Assembly (NCBI GenBank): GCA_964016885.1
Contig: OZ024743.1
Span: 356,748,001 to 356,812,000 of the forward strand
DNA from: Eledone cirrhosa
Taxonomy: Eukaryota
DNA length: 64,000 nt
Direction: 5' to 3'
Position 1 is the stretch's first letter, and each line of letters begins with the position of its first letter. Under the pieces are notes generated by a model that was not told the origin of the DNA, searched no databases, and saw nothing but the letters and a program-made list of their open reading frames with translations. This document shows positions 14,977 to 27,601 of this stretch, in pieces. Both the position numbers and the translations under genes were made by a program.

Positions 14977-15662
14977 AAAAGTCAATACAATGCGGTAGAA
15001 ATGTATAAACGGCAAGGATGACAAATAAAAAAAACAAAGTAGTTCTTTACCCAGTATATTTCAACATGATATTTCGGGGCTAAAACCATCTTTACAAATG
15101 TGAAGTAGAAACGGTTCAAAACTAAAACGAACGGTCGATGTATTCTTCATTAACTGATCTACCTGCCTGAAATACGCATGCATGAAATCGCTATAGTAGC
15201 CAATCTGCTTCGTGCATTTACAATCTATTATCTGTGTTTTGTTGTTGTTTTTTTCTCGTTGATAGTAATAGCCTCTTTGATTCTTAAATTTCCCGCCTCT
15301 ATTGTAACCTCAATGTCTTGACTGCGGCATCTGTCAAGTTGTTTTTATTTTTGATGGAAGAAGCTCTTATCGTCATATGCTCCTTGATCCGTATATGCAG
15401 CATCCGGGCGGAACTTCCGATATACGAGAAGCTACATTTTTTACAGGTGACCTTCTAGACCACATACGCTCTCATGAACACTTCTGTGTTGTTGATGGGA
15501 CGATTAGGAAGTGTGAACATATCGTTCTATGTAGATCGGTGTCTGTGAAGCTGTCTTCTCAGTGAAATATCATTTTGAAATATACTGGGTAAAACATTTC
15601 TTAGTTATATTTTTGTCGTTCTTTGCCCTTTATATACTTCTACTGCATCGTACCGGCTTTTA
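14977..15662 (-). mobile_element. 5'-truncated Penelope-like element: GIY-YIG remnant with an inverted pLTR
   Basis: Minus strand at about 15470-15235 reads YVV*KVTCKKCSFSYIGSSARMLHIRIKEH...(frameshift)...NLRIKEAITINEKK. Diverged inverted repeats of about 100 bp at 14977-15075 and 15564-15662. Confidence 0.8.
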
Positions 15663-15714
15663 CAGATAAATACCAAATCAAAGAAGCATTTAAACAGTTT
15701 AACTAATGCCAGAA

Positions 15715-16049
15715 ATATAAGCTAGGCAAACTAATATAAGAAAGGTTTGCTCATATATAAGCTAGGCAAACTAATATAAGAAAGGTTTGCTCATATATAA
15801 GCTAGGCAAACTAATATAAGAAAGGTTCGTTCGTATATAAGCTCGGCAAACTAATATAAGAAAGGTTCGTTCGTATATAAGCTCGGCAAACTAATATAAG
15901 AAAGGTTCGTTCATATATAAGCTAGGCAAACTAATATAAGAAAGGTTCGTTCGTATATAAGCTCGGCAAACTAATATAAGAAAGGTTCGTTCGTATATAA
16001 GCTCGGCAAACTAATATAAGAAAGATTCGTTCGTCTATAAGCTAGGCAA
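15715..16049. repeat. 40-bp minisatellite, about 8.4 copies
   Basis: Unit gctaggcaaactaatataagaaaggtttgctcatatataa and variants. Confidence 0.97.
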
Positions 16050-16683
16050 TGCCGGAACAAATACTGAGAAATGTTTAACCTAACACTCTAACGAATCAGC
16101 TAATTCCTCGCCTTCCGATCACATCTTATCATAATAAAAACAGACTAGGTGGTTATGGCTAGAACGCTTTCCACCACATTGCTTCAATTAGGACTAAGCT
16201 AAAACAAAAGCCAAAAAAAATAGAGATGTCCAACTGCATCGAGCTCAATAATTTAAAGTTTGACAAGGTTATGATTTAGCGCCAGATTCATTCGACTAAA
16301 TTAAATAGACAAAGAACTTTATATCTAGTTTGTCGTTAGTATCCATAAAGTGTGTGTTTGTATGTGTGTGTGTGTGGGGGGGGGGCAAATCTTGCTTTAC
16401 TTTAAGTCTTGTAACGCTGTTGTAGTAATAGAAACTTAAAGATAATTGCTAGCAACTATCAAAGAAAGGGGAGATAATTTCAAGAGATTAATAAATAATT
16501 TCACATAATCAACGTACACGCTCTTTTACTGGTTTCGAGCCTTAGACAGCATCCATGCTGGTGCACCATTCTGCTGTAGTCCTTCATATCGACCCAATGT
16601 ACTTATTTGTTTCAAGTCTTATACTTGGTTTAGCAACATCCCTTTGTCGAATCGCTAGTTACACAGATACAAATGTAAGCATA

Positions 16684-16756
<73 letters not shown>

Positions 16757-16807
16757 ACATACACACACACACACACACACGTTTATATGTGTATGTATGT
16801 ATATATG

Positions 16808-16867
<60 letters not shown>

Positions 16868-17228
16868 AGTGGAAGCTTAGTAAAATCGAAGTTTTGGCTG
16901 TGGCCAAGCAAAGTCGACCTACAATCAGGAATGAGTAGCAAAGCACTCAATAAGGGTAGGTCCTTAGAGTAATAACATTAAGTTTAGATAGCTTGACAAA
17001 TTGAAAATTGCGGCAGGCGAAACCCAACCATTCAATACCAAAACAACGAAAGAACTAATCAGGTTAAACAACAGACCTATATATATATTAAAGCACCGAA
17101 GGCATGAGGACCTCCAGTGGTCGACTGACAGGAAGCGACTATCCTTTAATAAGTGCGTTTTTCAGTTGTTATCTTAGCTCAGCTTTTTTTAATTAATTTT
17201 GTATGATCTTAGCTACGTGAGACATTTT

Positions 17229-17289
<61 letters not shown>

Positions 17290-17290
<1 letters not shown>

Positions 17291-18403
17291 CAACACTTCA
17301 TCCACCGTATGCAGTTCTCTGGTTACAGTCAGAGAGATAAAATCAGAGTGTATAGAGGAGCCAGAACCAAATGGGGAAAAAATGGTAAATAATGACACAA
17401 ATGGGACCTGCTCCTTGTATAGGAGCAAATTTTGGAATAGAATAGAAAGAACTAGGAATAAGGCTAATAGAATAAACTCATGGTATGATAGCAATAAATA
17501 CCAGAGTGTAATGTTCATCGATACAACTCCTAGAGGCTAATTAGCTTACAATTTTAGAAGGGCCTTTTAAGATAGTAGAAAGACCAGGTACCTCCATAAA
17601 AACACTTATTAACAATACATAGCCTTTTCAAAGACCTCCCTGTATAGATAAGAAATGTATAATCTGTAAATTAAGCCCCCATATTAACTGTAAAACTAGA
17701 AATGTAGTATATAAAAATAAGATGTACTGAAGGACAATGTAGAGATAAAAATATAGTGTACATAGGTGAGACAGCTCGTAGTATAGGGGAACAGATAAAT
17801 GAACACTGGCGAGAGCTTCAAGATAGTAAAGAATCATCTGTACTCTGCCAACATGCTAAAATAGAACATAAGGGTAAATTAGAGAACATAGAAATAAAAA
17901 TAGAATCTACACACAGAAAAGACGCAATGTTTAGACAAATCACAGAGGCAATAAACATAAATGAACTCCAACCAAAATTAAATAGAAAACATGAATGGAA
18001 CAGCAACATCACAACTTACAATTAAGGACAAAATGAAAACACACACGCACATAGAACAAACAACCAACCAGTAACATGTAAATAAACAAATAAATAAACG
18101 AATATAAACACACACAGACACCCGGATGTAACACATGCGCAAACTAAGCACACAACACACACAGAAAAGCAAGATGGCGTAGGACAGAAGAAAGGAGAGG
18201 CACAAAAACAAAGAAAAGAATCCCCAGTCACTGAAGAGGTCACAGAATGTGTGACGAAAGAACTTTGACAATATATAAACAATCAGCTGGTTGTGGAACC
18301 AACCAACCTACCAACCGGAAATTTATAAATTTATTATAATAAATTGAAGTGAAAGCAACTGGTGCGTGTGTTTCTTATTGGCAACATGACCCTCCCAAAG
18401 TAT

Positions 18404-18410
<7 letters not shown>
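17290..18410 (+). mobile_element. Penelope-like element 3' part: post-RT region, Cys-rich linker, GIY-YIG endonuclease pseudogene, 3' UTR with HHR
   Basis: LYRSKFWNRIER..SWY..YQSVMFIDTTPRG*; PFQRPPCIDKKCIICK..CKTRNVVYK(frameshift)IRCTEGQCRDKNIVYIGETARSIGEQINEH..SVLCQH..RQITEAININELQPKLNRKHEW (ORF 17756..18025); HHR at 18227; bounded by (TA)n. Confidence 0.85.
18227..18269 (+). ncRNA. Type I minimal hammerhead ribozyme in the PLE 3' UTR
   Basis: GTCA-CTGAAGA-G-GTCACA gaatg TGTGAC-GAAA-G aa C-T-T-TGAC. Confidence 0.65.
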
Positions 18411-18446
<36 letters not shown>

Positions 18447-18462
18447 CTCATGTGAACTCTCA

Positions 18463-18530
18463 TATCTGAAGAAGTGTCGATTAAGAGTCAGGATCCGATC
18501 GCGTGATCAAATATAGAAACAATTGTAATA
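18463..18530 (+). ncRNA. Minimal hammerhead-like motif
   Basis: TAT-CTGAAGA-(long imperfect stem II)-GAAA-C AATT G-TA-ATA; palindromic stem III ACAATTGT. Confidence 0.5.
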
Positions 18531-18617
18531 GGAAATAAAGTTCACAAAAAGCTGCAATTCTTATTCTCTCTCTCTCTCTCTCTCCCTCTCCCTCTTTCTC
18601 TCGCTCCTTCTGTGTTA

Positions 18618-18648
<31 letters not shown>

Positions 18649-19066
18649 CACGGCAAACTTCTGCAGGTTCCATCTATCAAATTCTACTCAAAAAGACATT
18701 GATCAACTCGAGGCTATAGTAAAAGACACTTGCTCAACGTACCACGTAGTGGGATTGAACCCAGAGCCTCGCAATAATAAAACGAACACTTTAACCACAT
18801 ACTTAACTTATTTCTTATATAAATCATTGCCTCTTGTGTTGTTTTAATGAAGCTAATTTAGTTGTGTCAGCATTTGGTGTTAGGAGTGACAGGTTGCACT
18901 GTGTGTGTGTCTGTGTGTGGGTGTGGACGTGGTTCTTCTGTCAATGTGTGTATGGGTATGTGTATGTGTATGTCTGCTAATTGTGTAAGGTGAATGCATG
19001 TGTAATAAATGCCTGGTGATTATATGTATGTATGTGCAGGTTTGTTAAGTGTAGTGGTGATGGTGG

Positions 19067-19156
<90 letters not shown>

Positions 19157-19357
19157 GCCCGAGATTAAGCTTGTTGGACAAATTGCTTCTAATTGAAGTT
19201 TACGACTACGGTGGTACAGCTGTAGAGTAACCTATCACGGCTCATCATGTACGCACAACAATTCGCAGTTACACACACACACACATATATATATACATAT
19301 ATATATATATATGTATATGTATATACATATATATATATGTACATACATATATATATG

Positions 19358-19414
<57 letters not shown>

Positions 19415-19421
19415 GTATATA

Positions 19422-19466
<45 letters not shown>

Positions 19467-19502
19467 GTATATATGTATATATGAATGTATATATATATAT
19501 GC

Positions 19503-19551
<49 letters not shown>

Positions 19552-19567
19552 TATATATATGCATATG

Positions 19568-19599
<32 letters not shown>

Positions 19600-19620
19600 T
19601 ATATATATGCATATGTATAT

Positions 19621-19667
<47 letters not shown>

Positions 19668-19741
19668 TATATATATGCATATGTATATATATATGTATAT
19701 ATATATACATATATGTAGATATATATGTATATATATGTAGG

Positions 19742-19827
<86 letters not shown>

Positions 19828-19835
19828 ATATATAT

Positions 19836-19918
<83 letters not shown>

Positions 19919-19925
<7 letters not shown>

Positions 19926-20084
19926 GATGAGATTCTACAGGACTAGAACTGTTTCATTCTTTAGAAATCATCAGGAATCAGATTCCTGATGATTTCTAAA
20001 GAATGAAACAGTTCTAGTCCTGTAGAATCTCATCTATTTTAAAAATTTTATACTCTGCTATGTATTGAGTACCTTACTTACTGT
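19919..20084. mobile_element. Family B element: perfect palindrome with ~61-bp arms, HHR on both strands, plus PLE-like tail
   Basis: Arms at 19919-19979 and 19981-20041 around one spacer base. HHR: AGATTC-CTGATGA-T-TTC taaa GAA-T-GAAA-CAG ttctagtc CTG-TA-GAATCT (19980-20030). Confidence 0.88.
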
Positions 20085-20148
20085 TTTTCTTTCCTGCCAC
20101 TATTACATTTCTCTATCTTTCTGTTTCTTCTTTAATTTCTCATATTTT

Positions 20149-20180
20149 CTGGTGAAAGACTAGCGTCCGAAACGTTAAGA
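20149..20180 (+). ncRNA. Degenerate PLE-type HHR (family D); relatives at about 26764-26795 and 49620-49650 (-)
   Basis: CTGGTGA-A-AGAC tagc GTCC-GAAACGTT; the 49620 copy reads CTGATGA-A-GAAC taac GTCC-GAAGCGTT. Confidence 0.45.
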
Positions 20181-20392
20181 CACTTTTCTTACTATATCAA
20201 GCGTAAAACTAGTATATTTCTTCATTGTACTGTGTCGATACCGCCGAGGTCAACTTTGCCATTTATCCTGCAGGTTCGGTAAAATTAAATACCAGTTATG
20301 TACTAGGGTCGGTGTAATCGATGTTCCCCTTCCCACAAATTATTCACTTTGTACCATAATTAGACATCAATATATATGTATATATATGTGTA

Positions 20393-20435
<43 letters not shown>

Positions 20436-20436
20436 A

Positions 20437-20539
<103 letters not shown>

Positions 20540-20574
20540 CAGTGCGTTTTTGTGTGTACTTGATGAGCCGTGCC

Positions 20575-20762
20575 GGTGGATTGGCAGTATCGGTAGAGGG
20601 TCGGACGTTATGCTTTGACGCAAAGAGTTAAGCCCCTTTTCCATTCTGAGTTCAAATCCCGCCAAGGTTAACTTTGCCTTTCATCCTTACGGGGTCGATA
20701 AAATAAAGTACCAGTAATGCACTGGGTAATTGCTGGCCTTGTGCCAAAAGTAGAAACAATAT
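20575..20762 (+). mobile_element. SINE family F
   Basis: Full-length match. Confidence 0.9.
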
Positions 20763-20864
20763 TTATGTAACACCCAATCCTGAAGTTCTCCACTGTGCAT
20801 ATGTTTCTTATATGTGTGTGAGTGCTTGTGTTTTATGTGTCTACACTGTAGACACACTCTACAG

Positions 20865-21033
20865 CAAGGTTTCTCCAACTTTTTCAAACGCGGAACACAT
20901 TTAGGTTCAGAAAATTTTAGGGGAACCCCAAAGTCTAATACTGTTATATGGTCGTAATATAAATATACTCCTTTACCATTTTTTTCACGGAGCCCTAGAT
21001 ATTCCTTTGCGGAACTCACTCTGGGAATCACTG
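20865..21033 (-). mobile_element. hAT/Charlie-type MITE (second copy at 44852-45017)
   Basis: TIR-like caaggtttctccaac / gggaatcactg; imperfect 8-bp flanks ctctacag/gtcgacag; body matches 44852-45017. Confidence 0.75.
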
Positions 21034-21993
21034 GTCGACAGAACCTGTTTGGAAGCTCGTCACATTTAAAGGAGCCACCTTATTGTACTAAGTGTTTACA
21101 CTGAATCTCTGGGAGAATTACATTAAGGGTACACGTATCTGTGGAATGCTCAAACACCTACGTGTTAATTTCGTGATGGTGACACTCATCGTCGAAATCG
21201 GTGGAGGTCCATTCCGTACCCTGCTTTACAGCTGTCTCTAATAAAAATGAATGATTTATATTAAAATAGGATTTGCTATATGCATTTTTATGTATAACTT
21301 TCACATGCATTGCACGCTTTGCTTTTATGCAGGAAACGCCACTGCTCTCTCTCTCTCTTTCTTTCTCTCTCTCTCTCCCTCTCTCTTTCTCTCTTTCTCT
21401 CTCTCTCTCTCTGTTGTAGGTATGTGTCATATTTAAAGTAGAAAGGGACAAAAGCTATCGGGTGACACTATTAAAAGAGTCTTTGGAATTATATTTAAGG
21501 GGTTGTTTGAATGCTGGTGGTGGTGGTGGTGGTGGTGGTGGTAGGTCTGATGCTGCTGCTGTTGTTGTTTATGAGTGATATTTGTGGTGACTCTGGTATT
21601 GCTGTGATGATGATGATGATGATGGTCACTCTAGTGTTCCTGCTGTTGTTATGATGATGGTGAAGTTGGTGGTTGCTCTGGTGTTGCTTTTTTTGTTACG
21701 ATGATGGTGGTGGGTGGTGGTCGCTCTGATGCTGCTGTTGTTGTTGTGATTATGGTGGTTCTGTGTGTGTATGAAACTGTGTGTATGTGATTGTGTGTGG
21801 CGGTGTGGGTGTCAGTCTGTCTATACGTTTGTCTCAGTCAATTTCTTCGACATTTGCAACAAGCTGAACAAAGAACCAGAATCTGAAATTCGAAATTCTT
21901 CAACTGTAAAACATCAAACACGAGCCAAAGTATTAGCGACAGCGTCAACATGTCTCGTGCTGTGTGTATGTATATGTAGACGCATGTATGTCG

Positions 21994-22057
<64 letters not shown>

Positions 22058-22085
22058 CAATGTATATAAATATGTATAAAAATAA

Positions 22086-22146
<61 letters not shown>

Positions 22147-22364
22147 GTGTATATATATATGTATATATATATGTGTATATATATGTATATATATATGTAT
22201 ATATATATGTGTATATATATGTATATAAATATGTATATATATATATGTATATATATGTATATATATATGTATATATATATATGTATATATATGATATATA
22301 TATATGAGTATCTATATGTATATATATATGTATATATATATGTATATATATATATATATATATA

Positions 22365-22409
<45 letters not shown>

Positions 22410-22412
<3 letters not shown>

Positions 22413-22600
22413 ATAATAATAAATTTGAAGACTAAAATCCAAAGAGGGCTCGATAGGATAAATATATATCGTCTTCCTTCGGTTGCAACGTTTTTCGAAA
22501 TATTTACTTCTGCGTTCACAGATTGATTTTTTTAGTTTCAGAAGATCCCGTTAAGGGTGAAAGCAGCGATTCTTTGCTTAAACTTTAATCTGTTATTTTA

Positions 22601-22610
<10 letters not shown>
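22410..22610. mobile_element. Family C element: inverted tail followed by a variant HHR (22534-22584, +)
   Basis: AGTTT-CAGAAGA-T-CCC gttaa GGG-T-GAAA-GCA gcgattctt TGC-T-T-AAACT; flanked by (TA)n on both sides. Confidence 0.75.
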
Positions 22611-22688
<78 letters not shown>

Positions 22689-22743
22689 GTATATGTATAT
22701 GTATATATGTATATATATATGTATGTATATATATATGTATATC

Positions 22744-22784
<41 letters not shown>

Positions 22785-23235
22785 GTATATATATATGTGT
22801 ATATATATATATATGTATATATATATGTATATATATGTATATATGTATATATATATGTATATATATATGTATATATATGTATATATATATGTATATATAT
22901 GTATGTATATATATGTATATATATATATGTATATATATATATGTATATGTATGTATATGTATATATATATGTATGTATATATATGTATATATATATGTAT
23001 ATATATATATATGTATATATATATTTATTTATATATGTATGTATATATATATTTATATATATAAGTATGAATATATATATATATATGTATATATATTTAT
23101 ATATATATGAATATATATATATTTATATATATAAGTATGAATATATATATATATATATGTATATATATTTATATATATATGAATATATATATATTTATAT
23201 ATATAAGTATGAATATATATATATATATATGTATA

Positions 23236-23314
<79 letters not shown>

Positions 23315-23481
23315 GTATATATTTATATATGTATATATATTATATGTATGTATGTATATATTTATATATGTATATGTTTGCGCTTCAAACTTCTCGACAA
23401 AGAATAAAAGTGTAAGGTCTTAATGACCACCTGAACACTTCTCCCGGGGCCACATTGGTGTAAATCCTTGAAAGGTTTATT

Positions 23482-23539
23482 ATACTATGATTATTTCAAT
23501 GACCGGGTTCAGTATGAATCCGGTGATATCATCAGGTAT
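23482..23539 (-). ncRNA. Type I minimal hammerhead ribozyme
   Basis: Minus strand: ATAC-CTGATGA-T-ATcACCGGaTTCA tac TGAAcCCGGTcAT-T-GAAA-T aatc A-T-A-GTAT. Confidence 0.7.
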
Positions 23540-23639
23540 TCAAAATATAACAAAGGAATATAACAGATAAAATCCATGGAGCTGAAAATCAGAGACAAGA
23601 AGACGACCGACTATTTAGCAGCTTCTATTTCAGCTTTTT

Positions 23640-23805
23640 ACCAATGGACTTCAGAAATTTCCATCGACCAAATTCCACTTACGAAGCATTGCTCAACACT
23701 TTGGCCCAGAATAGAAGACACTTGCTCAAAGTTCAAGGTAGAGAAACTGAACCCGTAATCACACGGTTGTGACGTGAACTCCTTAACCACACAGCCATGC
23801 TTACG
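23640..23805 (-). mobile_element. Older tRNA-derived SINE; related copies at about 18655-18800, 31675-31810, 38215-38340, 48780-48925 and 51320-51455
   Basis: Minus-strand gcatggctgtgtggttaagg A-box head and agaagacacttgctcaa core. Confidence 0.6.
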
Positions 23806-23839
23806 CCTTCGTCTTCGTTTTATTTCTTTCATTCAGTAC

Positions 23840-24230
23840 GGTGGATTGGCAGTATTGGTAAAGCTTTGCAACATAGAGTTTACAGCTCTTTACGTTCTGT
23901 GTCCAAATCTCGCTTAGGTTAGCTTTGCCTTTCATACTTATGGGGTCGATAAAATACAGTACCAGTAATGCACTAGGGTCGATCTAATCGACTTTCTCCT
24001 CCATCCCCCAAAATTGTTGGCCTTGTGCCTAAATCAGAAACCATTATTTCTTTCTATCGGTAGAAGGTCGGACGCCATGCTTTGCAGCATAGAGTTACGT
24101 CCCTTGCCATTCTGAGTTCAAATCCCGCCGAGGTTAACTTTGCCTTTCATCCTTACCGGGTCGATAAAATAAAGTACCAGTAATGTACTGAAATAATTGC
24201 TGGCCTTGTGCCAAAAGTAGAAACAATTAT
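23840..24230 (+). mobile_element. Two tandem SINE family F copies (23840-24047 and 24056-24230)
   Basis: Two consecutive consensus matches. Confidence 0.88.
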
Positions 24231-24720
24231 TTCTTTCGTCTCATGTCTATAATTTTTTTTTTCTGCCTCTTTGATTCTTCTTCCGTTTTTACTTGTTTAT
24301 CTTTTTTCTGTCTCCTCGAAACGATTTCATATATACACAGGTTAACTTATATGCATATGTCAGGCCTTTCTTTTTTGGCAGGCGAAACGAAATCATCCGC
24401 ACTGAGAAACATCTATTTTAACGACATCATCACGGTTACAACATCTACTGACTGGCATGTTTGTTTTAAGTAGCTTTACGTAGGAAGATGATGGGAGCAA
24501 ACACTCTTTAAACATAAAAAAGAAATACTTAAACTCACACCACGACGTCACATGCATCAGCTGGCGCTACTAGGGCCTCACAGAGTTATTTTTAATGAAT
24601 CTTTTCATATATATACTTAGACTTAAAAGTTCCCGCGTCTTGAGACGCATGAGGTAGCCAATGACCATACGACCACGGTCAGTTGCATATATATATATAA
24701 CTATACATATTTAGATGCAA

Positions 24721-24827
<107 letters not shown>

Positions 24828-25165
24828 TTAAGCCTATTTATTGCCTTAACTTCACTGTAAACATATAATCTACACCAATCCAATGCTATCCACGAACTCT
24901 AAGCAAACGTTATCCATAAGCCTACATTCAACCTCACTCAGTAGACCCATACCGCATATGACAAAGTAAAACTGAACCTCATGCTTCAAAACTGAACCCC
25001 AACGCCTCAGCCCGGTATGGGGGTGACAGACGCCATCAGACTGCAACCGTCGTATTACGGAGTTTCTATATTACAATATATATATTATATTACTTTCTAT
25101 ATATATGAAGTTTGAAATGTGTGTGTCTTCAAGCAAATTACAATAATAGTCGATCATTATAATTA

Positions 25166-25500
25166 CAGCCCTTTACGTTCTGAGTTCAAATCCTGCTAAG
25201 GTTAGCTTTGCCTTTCATCCTTACAGGGTCGATAAAATAAAGTACCAGTAATGCACAAGGGTCGATTTAATCGACTTTTCCCTTCCTTTCAAAATGTTGG
25301 CCATGTGCCTAAATCAGAGGATTGGCAGTATCGGTAGAGGGTCGGACGCCATGCTTTCCACCATAGTTACGTCCCTTTACGATCTGAGTTCAAACCCCGC
25401 CGAGGTTGACTTTGCCTTTCATCCTTACGGGGTCGCTAAAATAAAGTACCAGTAATGCACTGGTAATTGCTGGCCTTGTGCCTAAAGTAGAAACAATTAT
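25166..25500 (+). mobile_element. Two tandem SINE family F copies (25166-25317 and 25319-25500)
   Basis: Two consecutive consensus matches. Confidence 0.88.
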
Positions 25501-26064
25501 AATTACTAATTGAGAAAATCGGGAGACTAAAAGAAGTAGACAAAGACGCCTGCGTGAATCGAACCCCTCATCTAGATACACGCTTGAAATCTTTTTAAAA
25601 GAATTTGTGGCCAGCGTCTCTTTAACCTAGTGGTTAACGTACTCGCCCAGCATTATCAATCTCTCACTTTCTCTCTCTCTCTCGCTCTCTCACTCTCTCC
25701 CTCTCCCGCTCTCTCACTCTCTCCTTCCCTCTCTCTCTCTATCTATCTATCTATCTCTCTCTCTTCATAACCTCGCCCCATCTTTCTCTCCATTGAATCT
25801 CGCTCCTCGTATCTCCTCTACCTCTCTCTACGTCTCTAACTTTTCTTCACACTTTCTTCGATTTAGTCTCTTTAATCCCTCTCTCTCTTTTATTCTCTCG
25901 GTTTGTCTCGCCACTTCCTCCTGTCTCTTTCTTTCTCTCTTTCGTTGTCTCTATTTTTTTCTACAAACCTCTGATTTTTGCCCGCCTCAATATCCATTTA
26001 TCTATTTCTCAACCTCATTCTCTTTCGCTTCCGACGTTTTCTTCAAACATTCATTAATTCAGCA

Positions 26065-26142
<78 letters not shown>

Positions 26143-26202
26143 CCCTCCCCTCTCTCTCTCACTCTATCTAACTATCTATCCATTCTTTCTCCTCAGTCCC
26201 CA

Positions 26203-26249
<47 letters not shown>

Positions 26250-26876
26250 TCACCACCTTTCTCTCCAATAACATTATTTTATACTAAACCCCACCCCTCA
26301 ATTCCAAATCTCGTCTGCTCCACTCTCCCACTCCCTTCTACCGAAACTTCTAGCAATGAAAACGGATAACAAATTAAGCTTTCTGATTTATAACATAATC
26401 TTAATTAATAATATTAACAAAATAAAATACGAGAATAATTAGAATGCTGCAATGATGATGGTGGTGGTAAACGTGGCGGTGATGTAATTATTATTAATTT
26501 TTTTTAAAACGTTTTTTTTTTATCGCTGGTACCTTTGTTCTCATGCTTGCACTCAAAAATACACTCACTCCCTGGAGTAAGAGTGGAATAAGAGTGAAAT
26601 ACTAAGTGTGTAATATGGCAAAGATGCACTATTTGCAATAGGGTTGTACAACCACAAGGTTTCTGTGTGTGTTTGTTAAGGAGTTAATATTCCTTTCTTA
26701 TATATATAGTAACCGTCCCTTACTACTCTTTCGTGTATCTGTTCTTCCCCTATCCAAACTTTCCAGAAGAAAAACTTCTGTCTCCGAAACGTCGAAAACC
26801 TCCCCCACTTCAACCAAGCGTGTACCTAATATAACTATGTAAAAACAGCGTCGTGTGTTTTGTTTGTCCATTTTCC

Positions 26877-26939
<63 letters not shown>

Positions 26940-26969
26940 CACGTATACATGCACACACACACATACATA

Positions 26970-27003
<34 letters not shown>

Positions 27004-27006
<3 letters not shown>

Positions 27007-27195
27007 TTTAATATAGAAATGGTTTCTACAGGACTAGAACTGTTTCATTCGAAGGAAGTCATCAGGAAGCCCTGATGATTTCCTTCGAATGAAACAGTTC
27101 TAGTCCTGTAGAAGCCATTTCTATATTAAATATTGTATATGCTCTATTATGTATTGAGCACCTTACTGTGGCTACCTCCGATTGAACCCGGGATG
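27004..27195. mobile_element. Family B element: near-perfect palindrome with ~63-bp arms, HHRs and tail
   Basis: Arms at 27004-27066 and 27071-27133 around spacer aagc; CTGATGA-(T/C)TTC cttc GAAT-GAAACAG ttctagtc CTGTA on both strands. Confidence 0.88.
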
Positions 27196-27230
27196 CACAC
27201 ACACACACGTTGTTATTTCTGTTTACCTTT

Positions 27231-27287
<57 letters not shown>

Positions 27288-27505
27288 GATCGAGTATCGA
27301 AAAATCGGCGCACGAGTTCACGATAAACAAAATTCGAAATGAGCGGCAGAGGGCTCAATAATTCAGATGAATCAGAGCTATAACTATCGTTAAAATACCG
27401 TCACATATAGAACAAGTCTACAATCAACCATACGATAAAAAATATATATGTTGACTAAAACTTCACTATTCACAAGTGTTTTTCAAGCTTCATATCATGT
27501 ATCCC

Positions 27506-27576
27506 TATTTTATCTGATGAAAACGCAGATATCATCCCATGATGATAATTGTTTTTGAAATGCGCATAATAAAATA
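27506..27576 (+). ncRNA. Family E type I minimal hammerhead ribozyme
   Basis: 8-bp stem I TATTTTAT/ATAAAATA, CTGATGA, stem II with TATCATC ccat GATGATA, GAAA, palindromic stem III ATGCGCAT, AUA cleavage triplet. Confidence 0.75.
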
Positions 27577-27601
27577 CTTGGAACTCTTTTAACCATCTTT
27601 T

